64,000 nt of DNA. It comes from a virus. The translations under genes and the position numbers were made by a program. This document shows, piece by piece, positions 29,135-38,409 of the stretch (the stretch's first letter is position 1; every line of letters starts with the position of its first letter). Below the pieces are notes generated by a model. It was not told the DNA's origin and did no database searches. It saw only the letters and a list, made by a program, of their open reading frames with translations. The stretch covers positions 32,001 through 96,000 of IMG/VR virus record IMGVR_UViG_3300017917_002814, one strand, 5' to 3'.

Positions 29135-30986
29135 GATTGATGTTTTTTATTGTGGGAAAAAACCCAACTTATTTGCATTTGAAAAAATAGCGGATAATTT
29201 AGAAGATGCTGCTAAAAAAAGTAGAACTGGTTTCTACTGGTATATTTATGGCAACAATGACTATACAAATTTTGATTTTGATTGGCGTCCTGCTCCGTGG
29301 GAATCAAATCAAATACACTGTTTTCCTACGCAATGGCAACGTACAGGCGGTGCATATCTAGCAAATAAAAATACTGTACAAAACAAAGAATGGCACTTTA
29401 GAACTGAGCAAAAAGTCACACGCTGCGTTGATAAATCCAAATGGATCATTCCTGCAAATATAGATGATTCTAATTTTGATTATAGTTGGCATCCAGATGA
29501 ATTGGAACCAAATTATGAATATCATTTTCCTACTGTTTGGCAACGAGATGGAGGACCAATATATCCAGGCACTGCTGGAATTAAATATGTAAACGCTCAG
29601 CACATACGAAATGGTGCTACACAAATCTTTTACATGGATTTTTTAAACGAAGGCAGCCAAAAACAATTTGTTAGGATACAACAACAATATTCCGATGCAA
29701 AAATTACCAGATACGTTGATAGTCATTTAAACGTTTTCAAACGCATTGCGAAACTAGCCACAACAGAATTTGTATGGATAATAAGCAGCTTTTGTGATTA
29801 CACAAATTTTGATTTTACGTGGCACCCTGCGTCCGAACAACTAGAAATGATACATGTGTTCCCTACATCATTTAATAAATGGTATCCTCAAAAACGAGGC
29901 GACACTTTTTATATACATGTTCCTTCATTACAAACACAATTGTATGAGTTAGAACTGCTGGATTGGTTCAATGTAATCAATTATTGCACAGATCAAGTTG
30001 TTCCTGTCACTGTACCTATTGTAGAATACAGCACTGATAGTCTAGTTCCAGTTGTAAAAGACCATGAATTTAAATTTCCATACGCGGTTTTTAAACTAGA
30101 TATATTCCCTACAGACCCGGTGTTCACTCCACCTTGTATGTGGCATTCTAAGGATCGTGTAGCCGAAGCATTGAACGACTCAGGTAGTGTTAGTGTAGTG
30201 CCTAGAGAAGCTCGAGCACATATCCAAACACAATTGTACGATTATCCCTATGTTTTGCGACGAAAAGAAGACTTTTATACAGATAAAGCCTTGGATATTG
30301 TGTATATCAGCAACGGCGAGCCCGATGCTGAGCGTTGGTACAATCATTTGATTACAGTAGCAGAAGCACAGATACCACACGGCATACAAAAAATTCACCG
30401 AGTACAAAATGTCAATGGTCGCATTGCGGCTTATCACGCTGCTGCTCGAGCAAGCAGCACAGATTGGTTCTTTGCTGTGTTTGCCAAACTAGAAGTTGTA
30501 GGCAGTTTTGATTTCGCCTGGCAGCCAGATTATTGGCAGGAGCCTAAACATTATATCTTCCATAGTAGAAATTGTTTGAACGGCCTTGAATATGGACACA
30601 TGGGCGTTATTGCCTACAATAAACGACTGGTACTGGATACCATCGAGTCTGGGTTAGACTTTACGCTTAGTCAAAAACATACTGTGGTTCCGAAATTATC
30701 AGCCATTGCATACTTCAACCAAGACCCGTGGATGACTTGGCGTACAGCTTTTAGAGAAGTATTGAAACTAAAATTGTTTACAGAAACACAGCCAACTTTA
30801 GAAACAGAACATAGATTAGATACATGGCTGACAGTTGCAAATGGTGATAATTCACAATGGTGTTTACGTGGAGCTCAAGACGCAGTTGATTACTTCTTAG
30901 AAGTATCAGGCGAATATGATAAACTTATGTTAAGTTTTGAATGGTCTTGGCTGGCTGCAAGATTTAAGACTCTATATATTGTTTAA
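29133..30986 (+). CDS. Multi-repeat glycosyltransferase-like protein
   Basis: Four (N/S)FD(F/Y)xWxP repeats; C-terminal domain paralogous to 9822..10751. Confidence 0.55.
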   Translation: MIDVFYCGKKPNLFAFEKIADNLEDAAKKSRTGFYWYIYGNNDYTNFDFDWRPAPWESNQIHCFPTQWQRTGGAYLANKNTVQNKEWHFRTEQKVTRCVDKSKWIIPANIDDSNFDYSWHPDELEPNYEYHFPTVWQRDGGPIYPGTAGIKYVNAQHIRNGATQIFYMDFLNEGSQKQFVRIQQQYSDAKITRYVDSHLNVFKRIAKLATTEFVWIISSFCDYTNFDFTWHPASEQLEMIHVFPTSFNKWYPQKRGDTFYIHVPSLQTQLYELELLDWFNVINYCTDQVVPVTVPIVEYSTDSLVPVVKDHEFKFPYAVFKLDIFPTDPVFTPPCMWHSKDRVAEALNDSGSVSVVPREARAHIQTQLYDYPYVLRRKEDFYTDKALDIVYISNGEPDAERWYNHLITVAEAQIPHGIQKIHRVQNVNGRIAAYHAAARASSTDWFFAVFAKLEVVGSFDFAWQPDYWQEPKHYIFHSRNCLNGLEYGHMGVIAYNKRLVLDTIESGLDFTLSQKHTVVPKLSAIAYFNQDPWMTWRTAFREVLKLKLFTETQPTLETEHRLDTWLTVANGDNSQWCLRGAQDAVDYFLEVSGEYDKLMLSFEWSWLAARFKTLYIV

Positions 30987-32064
30987 TTTTTTCTACAACA
31001 GTCTCTACTTCGCCATCAGTGAGTTCAGGATAAATTGGTAGACTCAAACACTCTCTAGTGAAGGCCGCAGTCTCTGTAAACAAATCTCTACTATAATCTA
31101 TATAATTGAATCCTACACCTAGATCGTATAACGCATATTCATAATTAATTTTAGTTTCAATACCGTGATATGATAGTCTGCTCATAAGGGCAGATCTATT
31201 ACTGGTTCTAATGACAAATTTGTGCCATGCATGATGCACACCTTCGTTAGGCATAAGAATATCTACATGTTGATATAATTCATTTATGTAGTAGTTGGCT
31301 ATTTCATCTCTACGACGTTGCCATGCGTCAAAATGTTCAAGTTTAATTAACATTTGAGCACAGTCTGATTCACTCATTTTACTGTTAGTTCCTGGGCTAT
31401 CGTGTACTATTTTTCCGTTGTCTCTAAGTGCTCGACAGGTTTCGTATAAATTAAAATCGTCTGTAAGAATCATTCCACCTGATCCATAGTTGTTTAAGTT
31501 TTTAGTAGGATCAAAACTCAACACACTAATAGTGCCCATTTTTCCGCTAGGCGTGCCGCGATAACTAGCACCAAAACTTTGTGCTGCATCTTCAATAACA
31601 ACCAGGTCATCATTAAAAAATTGTGTATACATGCTGAACTTGTTCCAGTCAATACAATTACCAAACAAGTTTACATACATAATGGCACCAACACTGCGAT
31701 CTAATTTGTATTGATACGAATCAAGATCAATCAATCCTTTAAAGTCTACATCGCAGAATACCGGGGTAAAACCGTTCATCACCACGCTGTTTATTGTGGC
31801 AACAAAACTTACTGTAGGAATCAAAATAGAATATGGTGGTTGGTTCATTGCTGCCAACTGGGCAAATATCAATGCCTGAGTGCCCGAATTCACGGCTACC
31901 CCATAAGCTCTATTACACCGCCTAGCTATTTTTTCTTCAAAGTGCTTGGTATATTCCCCATCAAGAACTCGCCCGGTACTGTATACTCGATCGGTTATGT
32001 CTAATATTTCTTCACGTAAATTTTGATATTGCCTAGCAATACCGAAGAATGGAATTACAGTCAT
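30964..32064 (-). CDS. DegT/DnrJ/EryC1/StrS sugar aminotransferase
   Basis: VNSGT.AL, EDAAQSFGA, SFDPTKNL (PLP Lys), LSLPIYP. Confidence 0.92.
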   Translation of the reverse strand: MTVIPFFGIARQYQNLREEILDITDRVYSTGRVLDGEYTKHFEEKIARRCNRAYGVAVNSGTQALIFAQLAAMNQPPYSILIPTVSFVATINSVVMNGFTPVFCDVDFKGLIDLDSYQYKLDRSVGAIMYVNLFGNCIDWNKFSMYTQFFNDDLVVIEDAAQSFGASYRGTPSGKMGTISVLSFDPTKNLNNYGSGGMILTDDFNLYETCRALRDNGKIVHDSPGTNSKMSESDCAQMLIKLEHFDAWQRRRDEIANYYINELYQHVDILMPNEGVHHAWHKFVIRTSNRSALMSRLSYHGIETKINYEYALYDLGVGFNYIDYSRDLFTETAAFTRECLSLPIYPELTDGEVETVVEKIKQYIES

Positions 32065-33029
32065 AGCCTAGATTGCCAATATTTTGATCGTTTAAACCAT
32101 TCATAATAACGTATGAAACCTTCTTCAACATTTACAGTTGGAGTAAAATCAAAATCTTTTTTTGCACTGCTAATGTTCAATCGGCCTCGTTTGGGAAAAC
32201 TAAAATCTCTATCATAAACTTCAATTGATCCTTGTCCTGCAATAGAAATAGCCAGTTCGGCCGCATCCATAAGCGTGTATTGTTTTTCTGCTGATCGTGT
32301 AATATTATAAATTTTATTTGCACTGTTCTTGCTCAGTGTGGCTTGAACAATTCCCAATGCAGCATCTTCCACATAAGTAAAATCCAACACTTCGCCGGGT
32401 CCTTTGACTTTTAATGTTTCACCACGCATGGCACCTAACATAAATTTAGATACTACCCGATCTTCTACATCCAGTTCTCCATACACTGCACTTGGACGAA
32501 TAATTACATATTCAAACCCATACTGACGAGCATAGTCTTCAACAAGTTTTTCGCCCATGTATTTCATAATGCCGTACTGTCCAATTGGTTGGCAGATAGC
32601 ATCTTCGGTTACATCTGTTTCAAAGTCTCCGTAAACCATACTTGAACTAACATAAACAAAACGTTTTATTTTAAATGTTTTTGCTGCTTCTAATAGATTT
32701 ATCAAACCAGTGGCCATTACTTCACTAGCCACAACAGGATTCTGTCCTACAACTTTTTGTCTAGGAAAACTAGCAAGATGAATTATGGTGTTACAGTTAA
32801 AAACACCAATTCTTCTTTTAATATCCTCAGTATCACGAATATCTCCTACCAGTGGTGTACATCTAATTTTTTTTAGACGTTCGCCTATTAAATAATTTAA
32901 TTCTTCTTGAGGAATAAAATCATAGTTAGTTCGATTATCAACACCAAAACAGTCAACTCCATGTTGTTCTAAAAATTTAACAACATTATGACCAATAAAG
33001 CCAGCACTACCAGTTATAAATATTTTCAT
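32061..33029 (-). CDS. NAD-dependent nucleotide-sugar epimerase/dehydratase
   Basis: TGSAGFIG, SSSMVYG, YGIMK, DFTYVED. Confidence 0.9.
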   Translation of the reverse strand: MKIFITGSAGFIGHNVVKFLEQHGVDCFGVDNRTNYDFIPQEELNYLIGERLKKIRCTPLVGDIRDTEDIKRRIGVFNCNTIIHLASFPRQKVVGQNPVVASEVMATGLINLLEAAKTFKIKRFVYVSSSMVYGDFETDVTEDAICQPIGQYGIMKYMGEKLVEDYARQYGFEYVIIRPSAVYGELDVEDRVVSKFMLGAMRGETLKVKGPGEVLDFTYVEDAALGIVQATLSKNSANKIYNITRSAEKQYTLMDAAELAISIAGQGSIEVYDRDFSFPKRGRLNISSAKKDFDFTPTVNVEEGFIRYYEWFKRSKYWQSRL

Positions 33030-33056
33030 AAGATTTTATATAATTCTTCCGCGAAA

Positions 33057-33287
33057 TTATTTGAATTTTAGAGCAAAATAGGTTTGTGCTTCGGGACTAA
33101 GGTCTCCGGTTATAACCACGCGGTACCCAAAGTTTGCAAAATCTTGCTGAATATGAAATGTGGCCTCACCTTTTACATTCTGCATTACCCAACGACCTTT
33201 ATCAGTATCTTGCCATTCACTAATAGGAAATGCCGCATAAAGATACGGATCTTCTACATCGCCCATTATAAACTCGTGTAATATCAT
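33057..33287 (-). CDS. Hypothetical protein
   Basis: 76-aa ORF coupled to thyA; GDVEDP.LYAA motif. Confidence 0.6.
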   Translation of the reverse strand: MILHEFIMGDVEDPYLYAAFPISEWQDTDKGRWVMQNVKGEATFHIQQDFANFGYRVVITGDLSPEAQTYFALKFK

Positions 33288-34201
33288 ACTGCCATTTTGG
33301 CCTTTATGGCATCGTGTGATTGATAGTTTTCTAGGCGAATATCTGACATAGTAAATTTGGTTATATCTGATATTTCAGTATTCAACCATAGTCGTGGAGC
33401 AGGTAATGGTTCACGCTTTAGCTGTTCATTTACCTGTTCTATATGATCCAGATATATATGTGCATCGCCGAGAACGTGAACGAACTCGCCTACTTGCAAA
33501 CCACACACTTGAGCAATCATGTGTGTGAGTATACTATAGCTCGCGATGTTAAAAGGAACACCTAGAAACATATCGCAGGATCGCTGATACATCTGGCACG
33601 ACAGCCGACCATCGGCCACATAAAACTGTGCAAAACAATGACATGGCGGTAATGCCATTTGATCAAACTCACCGGGGTTCCAAGCTGTAAGTATATGCCT
33701 ACGACCATGCGGATCTGATTTAATTCCTTCCACCAAGGACTTTAATTGATCAACTTCGCTTACTTCTATATTGTTTCCTGTTCTACGATAGGTGGAACCA
33801 AAGCTGTCTTTGAATGTACCGTTAGGTTCTCTTTGTTTAACTTTACGCCAGTGACGCCACTGAACGCCATACACACGGCCTAAATCGCCGTCGTATTTGG
33901 CCTTGGATTTCCAATACGGGGCTAGTGCATTAGGTGTCCAGATAGTAACTACACCATCCCTAGTACCGTGCGTGATTTCTGCTAACCTGCGTTCGTCACC
34001 GGAGCCTTCGATCATCCATAGCAGCTCACCCACACAGGCCTTCCATGCAAACTTCTTAGTAGTAATAGCAGGAAATCCTTTTGATAAATCATAACGCTGC
34101 TGCATACCAAACTTGCTTATGGTACCTACGCCCGTGCGATCATCTCTGCGTGTTCCTGTTTCTAAAACATCACGCAATGCCGTTAAATATTGTTGTTCCA
34201 T
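33284..34201 (-). CDS. thyA: Thymidylate synthase
   Basis: DRTGVGT, YGVQWR, MALPPCH, YQRSCDMFLGVPFNIASY, HIY. Confidence 0.97.
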   Translation of the reverse strand: MEQQYLTALRDVLETGTRRDDRTGVGTISKFGMQQRYDLSKGFPAITTKKFAWKACVGELLWMIEGSGDERRLAEITHGTRDGVVTIWTPNALAPYWKSKAKYDGDLGRVYGVQWRHWRKVKQREPNGTFKDSFGSTYRRTGNNIEVSEVDQLKSLVEGIKSDPHGRRHILTAWNPGEFDQMALPPCHCFAQFYVADGRLSCQMYQRSCDMFLGVPFNIASYSILTHMIAQVCGLQVGEFVHVLGDAHIYLDHIEQVNEQLKREPLPAPRLWLNTEISDITKFTMSDIRLENYQSHDAIKAKMAV

Positions 34202-34711
34202 TTATAAGGGTCTAAAAATATCTACATTTTTGTAGATACTAAAGTTTAACATCTTATCTGTGCTAGGTCTACTGCTTATGATTCTCATTCCAACCATAAA
34301 TGCACGGAGATCAATTCTAGTATCGCTAAATGCTGCACCTTTGCGATGAGTGACATATGCGTAATCTATAAGATCCTTGCAATCCATAATAAGTTCAGGA
34401 CCACCTAGTATGAATATTTTTTTATCAGGAAATAGTTCTCTAAGTTCGCGTATCTGTTTTTTGTAATCACCAGACAAACGTCTTATACTAGGATGCCCTA
34501 TGATTGGTCTACTACTAACAACGCAATTGATCCGATCAGGTAACGGTTTTCGCATTTTAGGGTCATCCCATGTTTTACGACCCATTACAACAATTTGATC
34601 TAGAGTGTGTTCTCTAAACCAAGCCATGTCCTCGGGATTCAAGGGCCACGGCAATGTACCTCTATTACCAAATGTTCCCATTTGGTCGGTGGCAAAAATA
34701 GTGCAGATCAT
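34202..34711 (-). CDS. folA: Dihydrofolate reductase
   Basis: LPW...EDM.WF, VVMGRKTW, PLPDR.N, ILGG; adjacent to thyA. Confidence 0.92.
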   Translation of the reverse strand: MICTIFATDQMGTFGNRGTLPWPLNPEDMAWFREHTLDQIVVMGRKTWDDPKMRKPLPDRINCVVSSRPIIGHPSIRRLSGDYKKQIRELRELFPDKKIFILGGPELIMDCKDLIDYAYVTHRKGAAFSDTRIDLRAFMVGMRIISSRPSTDKMLNFSIYKNVDIFRPL

Positions 34712-34717
34712 TTTATA

Positions 34718-35545
34718 TTATAATCTTTCTGGTAATGATTTGTTAAATTCAAAAGGAATTCCTTTCAATAATTTTTCATTTATTGTGTTTACCCAGTCTA
34801 TGGTTGATTGTGATAATTTTATATTTTTAAAAGTATTTTTTATGATTTTTAAGTGTTCAATTGGTGTCGGATGTAAATCAATAACGTTTTCAGTAAAGTA
34901 TAAATTTTTATTTGTAAAAACTTCGTCAATGAATGATTTAACTTCGTGATTTATTTCATGTGAGTAGTCTGCACTATTATAACTAAAAACATTATCAAAA
35001 GTAGGCCAATCGCTTCCTGATAATTTATCGTATAATTTTTTTATATCGTGTTCTGCATATCTTAGTATTTTTTTTGAAGTTGGTTTATAATTGATGTTTA
35101 TAATTTTTTCAATAGTTGATTTATACAGTTGTCCTGCCCTTGAATTGCAATCATAATCAGACCAACATAACATGATAAAGTTTATTCCTGCTGTATTTAA
35201 AAGTTTTTCTATCCCTGAAAAATATCCGTAGTTTATTATTTCAAAACCATCTGGACAATTTGAAGGATTTACTAGATCTAAGTCATGTATACAGTTCCAT
35301 TGATTGGTGTGATAGAAGTCAGTTCTAGTAATTCCTGACCACATTATAATAAATGTGTCATCGTCACTAATAGTATTTCTAGTAAGACATTCAATAATTG
35401 AATTATAAATGAATGCATTTCCGGCACTTGATTTGCCCCAATTTTCAAATTTTGAAAATTCTTTACCTAATATATCTGCCCAAGTTGGGTAAGCATAAGA
35501 AGTCATACTACACCCAAATGTGTACAGATTACCTCGAAAGTTCAT
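34718..35545 (-). CDS. SGNH/GDSL-like protein with inserted GSDWP module
   Basis: GCSMT, AGN, WS...R, DLHPTP.EH. Confidence 0.55.
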   Translation of the reverse strand: MNFRGNLYTFGCSMTSYAYPTWADILGKEFSKFENWGKSSAGNAFIYNSIIECLTRNTISDDDTFIIMWSGITRTDFYHTNQWNCIHDLDLVNPSNCPDGFEIINYGYFSGIEKLLNTAGINFIMLCWSDYDCNSRAGQLYKSTIEKIININYKPTSKKILRYAEHDIKKLYDKLSGSDWPTFDNVFSYNSADYSHEINHEVKSFIDEVFTNKNLYFTENVIDLHPTPIEHLKIIKNTFKNIKLSQSTIDWVNTINEKLLKGIPFEFNKSLPERL

Positions 35546-35881
35546 TTATAGATTTTTTAGTAATTCATCAGTAGCTGGTTGCACTGCCTTTTGAACTGCC
35601 GACACGCTGATGTAAAAATCAATATCTTCTATTATATAATCTAATGTAGATAATTTTGTTTTTAACATTTTTTCTAAAACGTCAGGATCGTTACCTTCAT
35701 CAAGTAATTCTTTGATATTGATATTTACAATTGTGCCGTCAGTGAGATTGACTGCAACACTTTCTAATAGGGCAATAGGAATCTCTTTTTTTTCCACTGA
35801 ACGCAGTATTGATTCCCATTGTGCTTTTGAATTTAAATTAAGCCGCTTGCTTCTTTGTTTTTTTGGTTTGTGTTCCGGCAT
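35546..35881 (-). CDS. Hypothetical protein
   Basis: 111-aa ORF, operonic. Confidence 0.6.
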   Translation of the reverse strand: MPEHKPKKQRSKRLNLNSKAQWESILRSVEKKEIPIALLESVAVNLTDGTIVNINIKELLDEGNDPDVLEKMLKTKLSTLDYIIEDIDFYISVSAVQKAVQPATDELLKNL

Positions 35882-36512
35882 CTTCTACCTTTGGACTTAG
35901 GCTTTGTGCTTCTGCTTTCAATCTTTCTGCTTCTGCCAATAACTGTTTTGCACTGGCTTCCATTTTTTGCGCTTGCTCTAACCGTTGAGCAGCTAAGTCT
36001 GAATCAGATAGCATGCCTGATAACATTTCCGCAGCACTGGTATTACCCTGGGCCTCTCTTGTGCGTCGCTCGCCTATCTCTTTAATTTCTGCTCGTCTAG
36101 GAGCCTGCTTGCCAGTCATGCCGCGGCTGGCATCTAGCTCTTGCAATTTTTTTAGAGCTTCTTCGCCTTTGGTCATTTCGTCCATGATATCGTTTAATTC
36201 ATCTAACCGAACACTTGAGTTTGACGTTGGTGTAACTAGAACTTGATTGGTGGGAACTTTTTTCATCAATCCATTACGATGTAGGCTCTCTAAACAGTTG
36301 TTTCCGTCGGCCATAATTGTTCTAAACAGCACATCGCTTAGTTCTTTGGCCTCTTGACCTTGTGGACTTTCTAGTGCTCGCATCACTTCATCGTGAATCA
36401 TTCTAGGAAGTAAATCACTGTAAACTACTAGGGCCATATGCTCTAAATCTGGAATTTTTCGAAAAACAATTACACATCGTTTATCGTTGTGCTTACCAAC
36501 GTGCTTTAACAT
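35838..36512 (-). CDS. Hypothetical protein with C-terminal coiled coil
   Basis: 224 aa, AAGGAG SD upstream. Confidence 0.7.
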   Translation of the reverse strand: MLKHVGKHNDKRCVIVFRKIPDLEHMALVVYSDLLPRMIHDEVMRALESPQGQEAKELSDVLFRTIMADGNNCLESLHRNGLMKKVPTNQVLVTPTSNSSVRLDELNDIMDEMTKGEEALKKLQELDASRGMTGKQAPRRAEIKEIGERRTREAQGNTSAAEMLSGMLSDSDLAAQRLEQAQKMEASAKQLLAEAERLKAEAQSLSPKVEDAGTQTKKTKKQAA

Positions 36513-36529
36513 TTGAATTCTCCTTGATT

Positions 36530-36751
36530 TTATTCGGACTGATCCGCAGTGGGATCTGCTGGTGTCTGTTTATTTATGGCGCCACTTGCTTCTAAAAATT
36601 TTAGAAGTTTGTCGTATACTGCACCAACTGCGCTGAGTTCTTCGGCTTTGATAGCACCGCGTTCGCTAGTCACTCTAATTAGATTTAATAACAATACTAA
36701 ATCTGCTAGTGCCAGGCTGGGTGGTTCGGGGGTTTGTGAATTTTGATCCAT
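36530..36751 (-). CDS. Hypothetical protein
   Basis: GGAG SD; RGAIKAEELSAVG.VY motif. Confidence 0.65.
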   Translation of the reverse strand: MDQNSQTPEPPSLALADLVLLLNLIRVTSERGAIKAEELSAVGAVYDKLLKFLEASGAINKQTPADPTADQSE

Positions 36752-36810
36752 TTGTTCTCCATTAAAGTTATATATTATTTAATGAAGAAATAAATGCTGT
36801 ATATTTTTTA

Positions 36811-37095
36811 TTAGTAGTATGATTGTTGTATTTGATCTAAACAAAGACTGAACATGCTAGCTTCGCCGGGCAATTCAAACGCAGCACAAGCAGTCATTCC
36901 TATTGATCCGCTTGCGGTCGTATAATAAATATCGCCGAACCAAAACCGTCCTTCAAAGTTTTCCCAAATCCAATCAGATATTTGTTTGTTAGAATTTCTT
37001 AGTTCAAATTTTACCTGAACAAAGTGAGGCGGGCAACGATCCATTTCTCTGAGTCCGTGTACTGAGAGTGGATTGGCTTCTCCGTTACGTAACAT
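36811..37095 (-). CDS. Hypothetical protein
   Basis: ATG 37095 preferred; WIWENFEGRFW motif. Confidence 0.55.
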   Translation of the reverse strand: MLRNGEANPLSVHGLREMDRCPPHFVQVKFELRNSNKQISDWIWENFEGRFWFGDIYYTTASGSIGMTACAAFELPGEASMFSLCLDQIQQSYY

Positions 37096-37372
37096 TTTTG
37101 TTGCCTGCGGTTTCGTCTGTAACAATTAAAATTTTGTGTTCATCTGCAGCAATACTAGAATCTGGACGCACAATTCGATCCTTTAAGAATTCGTTTGATT
37201 GTGTTATCCAAGTGCTCAACATTTCTCGTTGTCCAGTAATCTCCACAATTTCAGCTGCGCGAGTAATATCCTCTAAGGCATCCTCTGTACGCATCAGCCG
37301 ATCTTCAAGTTCGGAAATAAGTTGTTTTACTTTTTTACTGGCTTTAATCGCTTCAAGATCGACAGGTTCCAT
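37085..37372 (-). CDS. Hypothetical protein
   Basis: 95-aa ORF, coupled stop/start. Confidence 0.55.
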   Translation of the reverse strand: MEPVDLEAIKASKKVKQLISELEDRLMRTEDALEDITRAAEIVEITGQREMLSTWITQSNEFLKDRIVRPDSSIAADEHKILIVTDETAGNKNVT

Positions 37373-37776
37373 TACACATGTTCCTTTTTGAGAGTTTTGA
37401 AAGTTTCTGCTCGGGCTTTATTGTATACGATTTTTTCTAATCTTGCAATTTCTTTCTTTTCGTATTGTGTACGGCGCTGATCGGTCATTGCACCAATTAG
37501 ATTGTCGTATTTTCTAGACCAACGAACGCCATCTAAAAAGTTTTCAACATCACTCAACGAACCCACAAACAAACAGGCATCACGACTATACACCGGTAAC
37601 CTATCGTCCTTGGGATACAAAGCAATTACATCAATACTGCCATCACCAAATTCGTGATGCGGACGTCTGCCCAATCTAAAACCAAAGAAATCAGCAAGTT
37701 GGCGAACTTGATCAACACGCTCGATCATGTTCATACCAACGGCCACTGCTACATGTTTCATAGTTCTCGTTTCCAA
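37372..37776 (-). CDS. Hypothetical protein
   Basis: 134-aa ORF in operon. Confidence 0.55.
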   Translation of the reverse strand: METRTMKHVAVAVGMNMIERVDQVRQLADFFGFRLGRRPHHEFGDGSIDVIALYPKDDRLPVYSRDACLFVGSLSDVENFLDGVRWSRKYDNLIGAMTDQRRTQYEKKEIARLEKIVYNKARAETFKTLKKEHV

Positions 37777-37976
37777 TCAAAGCCAACATAGTATTCCATC
37801 ATGACCTCCATAGCATCACGATAGCGATAGTTATGTTCAAGATCCTGTCGCTGATATTCTTGCAAAGTTTCTGCAGATTCCAGATTCTCAATATCTGAAC
37901 AAAGACCTTTGTAGTCTTGGACGAGAATACTTTTGATAATACCATCTACTGCTTCACTGTTTAAATCTACTATCAT
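37758..37976 (-). CDS. Hypothetical protein
   Basis: 72-aa ORF in operon. Confidence 0.55.
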   Translation of the reverse strand: MIVDLNSEAVDGIIKSILVQDYKGLCSDIENLESAETLQEYQRQDLEHNYRYRDAMEVMMEYYVGFDWKREL

Positions 37977-38146
37977 TTGGCCATCCTTTCCTTTCTGCAG
38001 GCTTCTTTCATTGCATTAGTATAGTCGGGACTGATTTCTGCTATACTACAATCAATGGTGCGCTCTTTAACTGGATAAGTTGCCATAGCCACAACTACAG
38101 CAATAGCAATAGCTATAGCAACTAAAATAAATTCTTTGGTTATCAT
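37973..38146 (-). CDS. Small membrane-anchored protein, 57 aa (MITKEFILVAIAIAIAVVVAMATYP...DCSIAEISPDY...EACRK), not in ORF track
   Basis: ATGA overlaps at both ends, N-terminal TM helix, Cys pair. Confidence 0.65.
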   Translation of the reverse strand: MITKEFILVAIAIAIAVVVAMATYPVKERTIDCSIAEISPDYTNAMKEACRKERMAK

Positions 38147-38409
38147 TTGATATTATCCTTTTTAAGAATATCAAAAACTTGCTCGTCGTGCTTGACAAAA
38201 TCTTTCCAAATGTTTCGAGCACCCCACCATAAGAACATTATAATAGCAACTGCATTGGCACCAAGGGCAATACTCCAAAAGATATTACGGGTAGTACCTT
38301 CACCGGCAGTAAATCCTGCACTCAATGTAAATGCTGTGGTAAACAGCAATACCTCAAACCAACCGCACTTACTGATAAACCATTTGATAAAACGCCCAAA
38401 TTTTTTCAT
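38143..38409 (-). CDS. Small two-TM membrane protein
   Basis: ATG 38409 abuts upstream stop; two hydrophobic stretches. Confidence 0.55.
   Translation of the reverse strand: MKKFGRFIKWFISKCGWFEVLLFTTAFTLSAGFTAGEGTTRNIFWSIALGANAVAIIMFLWWGARNIWKDFVKHDEQVFDILKKDNIK

Noticed and set aside
7878-33029. Bacterial LPS/capsule locus
   Set aside because: Flanked by phage tail and T4-like replication genes; no wzx/wzy/ABC exporter or housekeeping genes
33284-34201. thyA as a dCMP hydroxymethylase for pyrimidine modification
   Set aside because: Keeps the canonical PFNIASY Asn that specifies dUMP and is paired with folA
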